Assembly: GCA_050746125.1 (NCBI GenBank)
Contig: JBOGKX010000142.1
Span: forward strand, 16,209 to 80,208
Reading direction: 5' to 3'
Origin: Terriglobales bacterium
GTDB taxonomy: Bacteria; Acidobacteriota; Terriglobia; Terriglobales; SCQP01
Length of the DNA: 64,000 bases
A program made the position numbers and the translations under genes. The notes beneath the pieces are model-generated. The model was not told where the DNA came from and searched no databases. It was given only the letters and a program-made list of their open reading frames with translations. Of the stretch, positions 1 to 7,872 are shown piece by piece; the first letter of the stretch is position 1; every line of letters begins with the position of its first letter.

Positions 1-1495
1 CCTCGTGGTGCAGCTCGATGCCGGGGATGGCTTCGTGCAACTGTTCGACCTGGCGGACGATATTGGCGCCCTTGATGGTGTGCTGCTTCATCACCGAGAA
101 TTCCTCGCTGGACAGCGCGCCGGGCTTTTTGAGAATGCGATCGTCGATGCCGATCTTGCCCACGTCATGCAGCTGGGCGGCGATGCGCACGATTTCGATC
201 TCCTCCTCGGACAGGTTGAGGCGGCGGGCAATCGAGACCGAGTAGCGCGTGACGCGGTCGGAATGGCCGCGGGTATACGGGTCTTTCATATCCACCGCCT
301 GGGCCAGCAGGCGAATGGAGCCGAGGAATAGTTCGCGGTTTTTGGCGGCGGCGATCTTGAGATCGTTGACGTAACGCTCGATCTCATCCGCCATCTGGTT
401 GAAGTTGCGGGCCAGATCGCCGATTTCGGTGCGGCTTTTCACCGCCACGCGGCCGACCAGTTCCCGCCGCGCCAAGGCTTGTGCCTGATCGCGCAGCAAG
501 CGCAAGGGCTGGGTAAGGCGGCTAGAGAACAGCACGCCCAACTCGACGCTGATGATCAAGATCGCCAGCATCAGGAAGTAGCCTTCGTGCTCCAACTGCT
601 GTGCCGCGGCAAAGGCTAGGCTTTCCGGGCGCTGCACCACGACGGCCCAGCGGAGGTCGGGAATGGCGGAATAGGTCGCCAGCATGGCCACGGGCCCATT
701 GGGGCTGGCTTCGCTGTAGGAAGTGGTCTCGGAGGCCAGCGGCTTGCCATGCCACGAAAGTAGGCGGCGCACGATCTCCAAATGGCTGAGATCCTGGCCG
801 AGGATGGCGGAAGAATGGCCATCCTTGCCACCAGCCGCGATTAGCTTGCCGCGCTCATCGACGATATAGGATTCCAAGCCGGTTCCGGCCATCTCGTCGA
901 GGCGCTGCTGTACCGGCGCGAAGCTTTCGACTTCCAGGATCACGCCGATCACGTTTCCAGCCGAGAGCAGCGGCGCGCTGCGCAGCATCACGGGCATCTT
1001 GCGTTCGCGAAAGGCGGTCTCGACCGGGACGTACGTGTTCTGGCCGGTACGGGAAACGAGATAGGCGCGTTCCATGGCCCGGCTGAGGAAGGGATCGACG
1101 GCGGGCAGCCGCGAGGCGGTCACGCCTTGGGTTTGGTTATTGATGATCGAGACGTAGAGCAGGCCGGGCGCCGATGTCAGGGCCTGGTGCAAGAGGCCGC
1201 GTACCTCAGGTATATCCACGCGATCACCGCTCAAATCGCCATTGGCCAGGACCACCACGGCGGAGGCCAAGTGTTGCAAGGCGATACCGCCCAGACGGTG
1301 GTAGAGGCCGACCTCGTCGGCAAGGGAGCGGGTGGTCGCGGTTTGAAACTCGCGCTCCTTGGTGCGCAAGGCGTCACGATTCAGCGAAATTACCCGCGTG
1401 CCATAGAAGAACAGCGGAGCCACGCCGACCAAAATCAGCGTAAGGACAATCAGGTACGAAAGCTTGAGGCGCGGGCGCACGAATTGCTCGTCCAC
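1..1495 (-). CDS. Membrane sensor protein with HAMP-like linker and HD-GYP phosphodiesterase domain (C-terminus cut by window edge)
   Basis: My own reverse-strand translation; the gene is absent from the ORF track because it runs off the window. It reads ...VDEQFVRPRLKLSYLIVLTLILVGVAPLFFY (TM1), then a ~270-aa sensor region, then GYFLMLAILIISVELGVLF (TM2). This is followed by RTEIGDLARNFNQMADEIERY (HAMP-like) and DPYTRGHSDRVTRYS...LHDVGKIGIDDRILKKPGALSSEEFSVMKQH (HD-GYP signature). The start is GTG 1495 or TTG 1498, and an in-frame stop lies upstream near 1623-1625. Confidence 0.85.
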   Translation of the reverse strand, partial: MDEQFVRPRLKLSYLIVLTLILVGVAPLFFYGTRVISLNRDALRTKEREFQTATTRSLADEVGLYHRLGGIALQHLASAVVVLANGDLSGDRVDIPEVRGLLHQALTSAPGLLYVSIINNQTQGVTASRLPAVDPFLSRAMERAYLVSRTGQNTYVPVETAFRERKMPVMLRSAPLLSAGNVIGVILEVESFAPVQQRLDEMAGTGLESYIVDERGKLIAAGGKDGHSSAILGQDLSHLEIVRRLLSWHGKPLASETTSYSEASPNGPVAMLATYSAIPDLRWAVVVQRPESLAFAAAQQLEHEGYFLMLAILIISVELGVLFSSRLTQPLRLLRDQAQALARRELVGRVAVKSRTEIGDLARNFNQMADEIERYVNDLKIAAAKNRELFLGSIRLLAQAVDMKDPYTRGHSDRVTRYSVSIARRLNLSEEEIEIVRIAAQLHDVGKIGIDDRILKKPGALSSEEFSVMKQHTIKGANIVRQVEQLHEAIPGIELHHE

Positions 1496-1622
1496 CAATT
1501 TGCGGGAGCTGCCCGAGGGGATGCGGCGATCATAAGGGCTGGGCGAGGGTGGAGACAACTGTTTCGTAGGGATAGGTGACGGGAAAGACAATGGGCGGGG
1601 GATCGCGGCGCGGCGCCGCGGC

Positions 1623-2222
1623 TCAGAGGCAGAGAATCAACAGTGCCAACATCGTCGCCAGCCATAGCGGACACAGCCAGCGAAAAAGGGCAACGCAGCG
1701 ATTGATGTTGACTTGCTTGATGCGATAGATGTTCGAGGTCTCCATCATGGAATTGGAGTAGTCATGGAGAAATTCCTCGGGAGTCGCGGTGGCCAGGCGG
1801 CGCCAGTAGAGGTCCTCGTCCTGCCGATACTCGCGCAGCAGGCGCAGCGGGAAGAGCAAGCCTGGGGAGCGGCTATCGCGGCGCAGCACCTGGGCGCGGG
1901 CGGCATAGACTTGCGTCGCCTCATAGATCACGGCGAAAGCCAGCAACAGGTAAACCAGCGACAAACCGCCGACGCCCAGCCGCAGCGCCCGGCCGCCGGC
2001 GGCATGCAGGCCGGTGCCGAAGGCGCGCGATGCCAGCGTGCCGACGGCGGCGGTCAATATGCCGATGGCCGCAAGCAGAAAGCCAGCCTTTTCGTCCATG
2101 AAGCGAATCAACTCTTGCGTGTTCTGCAAGCAGGCTTGCGCGAACTCCAGGCGCAACTCCACGGCCGCCGCGGGGTCGAGGCTCGGTACGCCGGCATGCG
2201 GAGACGGGGTCGGAGTAGACAC
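1623..2222 (-). CDS. Small 3-TM membrane protein, tentatively Pycsar-effector-like (DUF5706/PycTM-type)
   Basis: This is the C-terminal ~200 codons of track ORF 1623..3647. The part upstream of 2255 overlaps the transglutaminase gene in another frame and is Arg/Pro/Ala junk. The sequence reads LEFAQACLQNTQELIRFMDEKAGFLLAAIGILTAAVGTLA (TM1), GGLSLVYLLLAFAVIYEATQVY (TM2), then IYRIKQVNINRCVALFRWLCPLWLATMLALLILCL (helix plus TM3). There is no ATG before FMDEKAG, so the start is probably GTG 2222 or GTG 2162. Confidence 0.55.
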   Translation of the reverse strand: MSTPTPSPHAGVPSLDPAAAVELRLEFAQACLQNTQELIRFMDEKAGFLLAAIGILTAAVGTLASRAFGTGLHAAGGRALRLGVGGLSLVYLLLAFAVIYEATQVYAARAQVLRRDSRSPGLLFPLRLLREYRQDEDLYWRRLATATPEEFLHDYSNSMMETSNIYRIKQVNINRCVALFRWLCPLWLATMLALLILCL

Positions 2223-2254
2223 GAATCTGGCCCATGCTACCAGTTCGCAATGGA

Positions 2255-4489
2255 CTAGTTGCGGATCGCCTTGAGTTGTTGCCGCACCAGCCGCAGATCG
2301 TCGGCCAACTGCGACATCACGGATCCGTCGGCGCCGAAGCGAACCTGCTGATAGTGCCGCACGAAGCGCTCGAGGCCATCTTGGGCGCTCGCCCGCAGGC
2401 GCGCCGGAAGGCTGGCGAGAAGTTCCTCGGCGGTCTGCTCTTGCCCACGGCGGCTGCCATGGCGGCGCAGCTGACGCTGCAGGCGGCGGTAGTAGCGGGT
2501 GGCCTCGGAGGCCAGCGCCGCCGGCCGCCGCGCCAGCACGATGGGGTTGCGCCAGGGTCCGCCCCAGACGGCGGCAAAACCGGCAAGGAGGACCAGCAAC
2601 ACCAACAGCCCGACCCGCCAAGCACCCTCCCCAGCGCGCACCGCCGCCCACATGGCGGCCAGGGCGGCCAGCGTGCGGCCGGTTCCGGCGCTGAGCAGGC
2701 CGGCCCAGGACTGCGCCCGATCGCTCACCTCGCGCCGCACCGAGCGCGCCAGGCTCAATTGGTGGAAGAAATCGTAATTGATGACCCATTCCTGCCAAAA
2801 GCTCTGCAGGGCATCCCAATACATTTGCGCCCGGGTCCAGGGCGCAGCCGCGCCGGCGGGATCGCCGGCCGTGCCGTCGAAGGGCAGCCAGAGGCCGCCG
2901 CCACCCGGAGCGGGAAAGTACGCTTCCACCCAGGAGTGCGCGTCGCGGCCGCGCAGGACGTATTCGCCCGAGAAATCGTTGTATTCCCCGCCCATGAAGC
3001 CGTTGACGACCCGTGTCGGGATGCCCAGCGTCCGGCCCAGCACGGCGAGCGCGGAGGCGAAGTATTCGCAATGGCCGGCGCGCACGCGAAACAAGAAGTC
3101 GGATAGCGGCGCGGCGCTGCCAATGCGCAGGTTGAGGGTGTAGCGATAGTGGGTGCGCAGATATGCTTCCAGCGCGCGCATCTGGGCGATGGGCGCGGTG
3201 CGGCGGCCGACAATGGAGCGGGCCAAAGCGGGAATGCGGGGATCCAGATGCGATGGCAGTTCGAGATCCTCGCCGGCGAGGAGGGGCGGATAGTGGTGCC
3301 CAGCATGCATGAGCTCTTGATCGGAGGGCTGGCCCAAGTCGGAGAGCGCGGAATACACCAGTCCGCCGTAACCGCGGCCCAGCGGATTCAGGGTGCCAGT
3401 AGCGTCCAGGCCGATATTGGGCATGCGGGTGGAAAGCTCGTGCAACCGCGGCGCCACGAACAAGACATCGGCGCCCACCGGCTCCAGCGAAACGGTGTAG
3501 CGAAGAAAGCGGTGGGGGTAAGCCCAACTGACCCTCGGGACCGCGAGCGGTAGCCGCCCGAACCGCGTCGGCATCACCAAGGCGCGGTGCGGATCGTACC
3601 AGCGCCAGCCATCGAACTCGGTCAAAACGCGGCCCTGCAGCCGCCAAAAGATGCCTCCCGGCAGGCTCGGTGGCAGACTCGCATCGACGCGAATGTGCAG
3701 CACGGGCACGTTGCTGCGCTGCAAGTCACCAATCTCGCCGAGGCGCACATCGTCGCTGAAGCCGCTCAAGCGGCGAACGCCGGGATTGGGGTTCCAATAA
3801 CCGAAGGCAAAGCGCGGCAGCACAAAGAACAACCCGGCGGCGCACAGAGCCACGCAAGCCGCCGCCGCCACGGAAACGGAAAACAGCGCCCGCCGCAGGC
3901 TCGGCGATGCGCCGAGACGCTTTCCACCCGTCGCGGCGGCGCGGACCGGCGCCGCGCTCTCGGCGCGAAAGACCTCGTAAGAGATCACCGTGGCCACGGT
4001 GAGCACCAGGAAAACGGTGAAATAGGCCAAAAAGGCCGAGCCGACGGTCAAGGTGGCCGCCGCCAGTACCTCCAGGAACGCCAGCACGCAAAGATAGGCG
4101 AAGTCGCGCGGGCGCGAGGCCGAGAAAAGCTTGACCACGGCGACGAGCAGAACCAGATGGACGGTGGCCGGTAAGAAGCCGCGGGAAACGACGTATACGT
4201 CAATGGGATAAAAGATGAGATAAAAAACGCTGACGACGTTCGAAAAGGAATTGGAAAGGCGCGGCCGAATCCCCAGCCAAAGCAGCACCGCTCGCAAAGC
4301 CAACACGACCACGCCGATCGCCACGATTGGCAGGCTGAGGCGGCCGGTGCCAGCCAACGTCAAAAAGCCGGCGGCCAGCAACAAAAGCAGCAAGGACTCA
4401 AAATACGGGCGTACACTACCAGGCTCGCGCGCCGTTTCCGCCGCGGGGGACGCCAGGGCGGGCATCTTCCCGCTGCGACGGTACTTCAT
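2255..4489 (-). CDS. TgpA-type membrane transglutaminase (N-terminal multi-TM region + transglutaminase core + C-terminal TM region)
   Basis: 744-aa ORF. The N-terminal ~170 aa are several hydrophobic helices. The catalytic core is RAGHCEYFASALAVLGRTLGIPTRVVNGFMGGEY...RGRDAHSWVEAYF (Cys-His-Asp transglutaminase-like). A further TM follows: WRVGLLVLLVLLAGFAAVW. Confidence 0.85.
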   Translation of the reverse strand: MKYRRSGKMPALASPAAETAREPGSVRPYFESLLLLLLAAGFLTLAGTGRLSLPIVAIGVVVLALRAVLLWLGIRPRLSNSFSNVVSVFYLIFYPIDVYVVSRGFLPATVHLVLLVAVVKLFSASRPRDFAYLCVLAFLEVLAAATLTVGSAFLAYFTVFLVLTVATVISYEVFRAESAAPVRAAATGGKRLGASPSLRRALFSVSVAAAACVALCAAGLFFVLPRFAFGYWNPNPGVRRLSGFSDDVRLGEIGDLQRSNVPVLHIRVDASLPPSLPGGIFWRLQGRVLTEFDGWRWYDPHRALVMPTRFGRLPLAVPRVSWAYPHRFLRYTVSLEPVGADVLFVAPRLHELSTRMPNIGLDATGTLNPLGRGYGGLVYSALSDLGQPSDQELMHAGHHYPPLLAGEDLELPSHLDPRIPALARSIVGRRTAPIAQMRALEAYLRTHYRYTLNLRIGSAAPLSDFLFRVRAGHCEYFASALAVLGRTLGIPTRVVNGFMGGEYNDFSGEYVLRGRDAHSWVEAYFPAPGGGGLWLPFDGTAGDPAGAAAPWTRAQMYWDALQSFWQEWVINYDFFHQLSLARSVRREVSDRAQSWAGLLSAGTGRTLAALAAMWAAVRAGEGAWRVGLLVLLVLLAGFAAVWGGPWRNPIVLARRPAALASEATRYYRRLQRQLRRHGSRRGQEQTAEELLASLPARLRASAQDGLERFVRHYQQVRFGADGSVMSQLADDLRLVRQQLKAIRN

Positions 4490-4594
4490 GGCGGCAGTCT
4501 AACATTGCTCCGCCGGGGGTTACCGCGGACCGGCGCGGATGGGCCTGGCCCGGGGTTCAGCTGGCGACGAGTTTGGCGGCGAGAGGAAAAGTCG

Positions 4595-5683
4595 ATGAGC
4601 GACGAGACGCTCTTTTGGATCTTTCACAATGTTCACGAGGAGGAGACCGAGGCCTTTCTCACCGTGCTACCGCCCTTGGCCGCGGCGCACGAGGCGCAAC
4701 TGCGCTGGGCGCGCGCGGCGGGCTCGGGGCTGGTGATCCGCGCCGACTTCGCCACGGAGGACGCGGCGCGCGAGTTTTGGCTCGATCTACACGAGCGCGC
4801 CATCGAGCAAAACTTGGCGATGGAATTGACCGCGTGCGACGCGGCGGAGTGGCGGGACTGGGAGAGCGGCCCCGGCGTCGCGACGGATTCCGCAACGGCG
4901 GAGGGCGCGGCCGAGATCCTGGCGGCTGCCGGCGCGCCGGCCGGCCCGGCCACCGGAATCGCGCACTATCGCCCGGAGATTCCATCCGAAACGCTTTACG
5001 ACTTGCTGCGGCAGGGAGATCCGGAACTCGAGGGCAAGCTGGACGGAGCCATCGCCACCATCGAAGAGGCCGGACTGCCGGTCATCAATTTACTGAGCTA
5101 TCTCGATCTGCCGCTGTTTCGCGAATACGCCGAAGCGCACGCTGACGAGCGCGAGCAAAACTTGTTTCTGCACATGCTCCACACCTGGGCATGCTACCGG
5201 CACTACGGCGCGGTCCATGCCACCATCTCGCCGGCGCTGGCGGAAACGCTAGCCGACCCGCGCTACCTGCGGATCAACACCACTACATTTCGATCTCCGG
5301 CCCCGGCTCTGTGCCTGCAACTTCCGCCCTGGGGACAGCAACTTCGCGGCGCCATCGGGCGGATGGCGACGCCGATGCAATGGGTCAAGGAGGTCTATAT
5401 TACGCACTGCGAGCCGCCCACGCCCGCCGACGATCGTGAGCTGACGCTGATGATCGTGACCCACGACGAGCGCGGCCAATTCGGCTTCGTTCCCTTGGAA
5501 CTGCCGCTTTCGCTGCCAGCAGTGGACCAGTCGCTCGAGGCTTTTTTCGCGCCCAGCCTCGAGGACGAGCAGTTCGGCGCCAACACCCAAGACTTGCGCC
5601 GGATCGCGCTCATTGCCGCCGCGTATTGCCTGTACGCCACGGCACGCGACCCGACTCGCTACCTTCCCTCCGCGCCCGGCTAG
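4595..5683 (+). CDS. Hypothetical acidic cytoplasmic protein, no recognisable domain
   Basis: ATG at 4595 is preceded by GAGAGGAAAAG (Shine-Dalgarno-like). The longer track start at 4505 adds only an Arg/Gly-rich extension. 362 aa with no TM segment and protein-like composition (MSDETLFWIFHNVHEEETEAFL...). The antisense ORFs here are Arg/Pro/Ala-rich shadows. Confidence 0.6.
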   Translation: MSDETLFWIFHNVHEEETEAFLTVLPPLAAAHEAQLRWARAAGSGLVIRADFATEDAAREFWLDLHERAIEQNLAMELTACDAAEWRDWESGPGVATDSATAEGAAEILAAAGAPAGPATGIAHYRPEIPSETLYDLLRQGDPELEGKLDGAIATIEEAGLPVINLLSYLDLPLFREYAEAHADEREQNLFLHMLHTWACYRHYGAVHATISPALAETLADPRYLRINTTTFRSPAPALCLQLPPWGQQLRGAIGRMATPMQWVKEVYITHCEPPTPADDRELTLMIVTHDERGQFGFVPLELPLSLPAVDQSLEAFFAPSLEDEQFGANTQDLRRIALIAAAYCLYATARDPTRYLPSAPG

Positions 5684-5821
5684 GGCTACCTGTTCGCGCG
5701 GCCAGGAATCACGCGCGCCACGCCGATTCGAGGCTTGAGGTGAATACCGGATGGCAATTCTCGATGAGCGACGGCAGAGTAGAAGACCGAGCGCCGCCAG
5801 TGCGGCCTCAAGCGGGTTGCT

Positions 5822-7837
5822 TTGCTGCTTCGTCCCGGCATACTGCGCGCCGCCTTGCCGGCGCTTGCCTGCTTCGTGCTCGGCTTCGCCGCGCCGCGGT
5901 GGTGCCCTGCCTCTCCGCCAACCTGCCCCGCCGACCAGGCCGCGACCGCGCCCTGTTTAGCCGCCTTGATGGCGCGCGCCCAGCCTTACTTGTGGCAGGG
6001 CACGCCCATGGCCGCCGCCGCCCAGGCCGCGGCCGTGTCCCTGCGAGTGCCGAGCGGCGGCGACGCAGTCGAGCTCTATCACTTGCGGTACGAGGAGGTA
6101 GACGAGAACGGCCTTTCAAGCCAGGTAATCCAGCGAGTTTTCTACTTGCCCACGGCGCTCGGCGCGCAGGTCTTCGACGGTGACGACTTCTGGTACGACT
6201 CGTCGCGCTGGTCGTTTCACCTGTGGCAAGGCACCGTTCGCCACGCCAACGGAGAAGCGGGCGGCGGGATGCAGGATGCTGGCGACGACGATCCGCATGG
6301 CTTGGGTAACCGCGCTCGCGGCTTGTCGCTGCCTCCGTTACGGGCCGGCGATCTGATCGAGGTCACGTACGTGCTGACGCCGGTGGCGCCGGACTCGTGG
6401 CGGGCTCTGGGCGGTGGCTACCTCGGCGACTTGTTCGCGTTTCGAGGAGCGTACCCGGCCGCGCGGGTCACCTACGTGCTGCGCTCGCGCCAAGCGATCG
6501 CCGTCGACGGCGTGGGATTGGCCCCGGCGCAAGAAGCCATCCAGGGCGGCTGGCGTAGCTGGATTTGGACCGCCGGACCGCTTGCCGCGTATTGGCCCGA
6601 CAACAACGGCCCCTCGATCACCGACGCATCGCCCTACGTACAGACGGGGAGCTTTCACGATTGGGGCGGACTGGCGACGTGGTACCGCGAGCGGCTCGAC
6701 GTCCGCGCCGATATCACTCCCGATTTCCGCGCCCGCTTGTTGCACCTAGTGCCGCCGCAGGCCACGGCCCTCGGCACGGTGCGCGCAATTTGGGCCTACC
6801 TGTCGCCCCGCCTCGAGTACGAAGGCGCCGAGACCGGCGTGCACGGATTTTTGCCCGCGCCACCCGAGGAGGTCTTCCGCAACCACGAGGGCGATTGCAA
6901 GGATGGCGCTCTGCTGGTGGCCACCTGGCTGCGCGCCGAAGGCATTCCGGCTCACCTGGCTCTGGTTCGCACGTGGAAAATGGGGCAAGTCAGCAATGGA
7001 GCCGCCACGATCGCCGCCTTCGACCATGCCATCGTGTACGTGCCGGGATTGCAATTGTGGATCGACACCACCGCTCCCAACCTAGCGATCGGGGAACTGC
7101 CCTCCAGCGACCAAGGCGGCTTGGCGCTGGTGGTGGCGCGAGGAGAAAACCGGTTGCAACGCATCCCGATTGCCGCAGCCGCCGCGAACGCCACCTGGCG
7201 TGACGTGCGGCTGAGCCCGCATGGAGACGCGGAATGGACGATGACGGCCACGATCGTGGCGACGGGATCGGAGGCGGAAAGCTGGCGGCGACGCCTTTAT
7301 GCCGACCGCGGGCAAGCCTTGGCGCGCTGGCTGAAGGGCTATTATCCCGCGGCTCGCTTGCTCGGCGCGCACGTTAAAGTCGGGACGGGCTCCGTGCGCA
7401 TCGCGTTTCACGCCGTGGTGCAACGGCAGGCGTTTGCGCGCGACGTCACGCCCTTTCCCGATCGCTACACCAGCCTCTTGGCGTCCGAGGCCAAACGGCA
7501 CGACGATAAGCGGATCCCGGCTCGCTGGCAAATCACGGACCGCTGGAGCATGCCCGTAGGCCAATGCCCGAGTGCAACGACCGCGCCGCCGCCCTTGGGG
7601 CTTAGAAGCCCATTTGGCGCGCTATCGGTCGAGCGCACGTGCGCCGAGGGCGTCCTCACCACCACTACCCGGCTGACACAGGCAGCCACCGAGATCGCGG
7701 CCGCCGACTACGGACGCTTTCGGGGCTTCTGGCGGGCCGTGGACGCCCGCCTGCATCCGAGTTACACCGGGCCGGCCATGGTGGCGCGCGGCACGACCGC
7801 AGCCGCCGCGGCCGCGGTAACCTCGGAATCGAAATAA
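5822..7837 (+). CDS. Secreted DUF3857-like / transglutaminase-like cysteine protease-fold protein
   Basis: N-terminal signal-like MLLRPGILRAALPALACFVLGFAAP. The central core is HEGDCKDGALLVATWLRAEGIPAHLALVRT ... FDHAIVYVPGLQLWIDTT (Cys/His/Asp arrangement of transglutaminase-like domains). The TTG start at 5822 is uncertain. Confidence 0.7.
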   Translation: MLLRPGILRAALPALACFVLGFAAPRWCPASPPTCPADQAATAPCLAALMARAQPYLWQGTPMAAAAQAAAVSLRVPSGGDAVELYHLRYEEVDENGLSSQVIQRVFYLPTALGAQVFDGDDFWYDSSRWSFHLWQGTVRHANGEAGGGMQDAGDDDPHGLGNRARGLSLPPLRAGDLIEVTYVLTPVAPDSWRALGGGYLGDLFAFRGAYPAARVTYVLRSRQAIAVDGVGLAPAQEAIQGGWRSWIWTAGPLAAYWPDNNGPSITDASPYVQTGSFHDWGGLATWYRERLDVRADITPDFRARLLHLVPPQATALGTVRAIWAYLSPRLEYEGAETGVHGFLPAPPEEVFRNHEGDCKDGALLVATWLRAEGIPAHLALVRTWKMGQVSNGAATIAAFDHAIVYVPGLQLWIDTTAPNLAIGELPSSDQGGLALVVARGENRLQRIPIAAAAANATWRDVRLSPHGDAEWTMTATIVATGSEAESWRRRLYADRGQALARWLKGYYPAARLLGAHVKVGTGSVRIAFHAVVQRQAFARDVTPFPDRYTSLLASEAKRHDDKRIPARWQITDRWSMPVGQCPSATTAPPPLGLRSPFGALSVERTCAEGVLTTTTRLTQAATEIAAADYGRFRGFWRAVDARLHPSYTGPAMVARGTTAAAAAAVTSESK

Positions 7838-7872
7838 CGACCGGCCGCGACGCGCGGCTGGCTGGCGTGCGG

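Noticed and set aside
2255-3647. N-terminal ~470 codons of the 674-aa minus-strand track ORF 1623..3647
   Set aside because: They overlap the well-supported transglutaminase gene in another frame. The translation is Arg/Pro/Ala/Gly-rich with no protein-like pattern. Only the last ~200 codons, downstream of the transglutaminase stop, look like a real gene.
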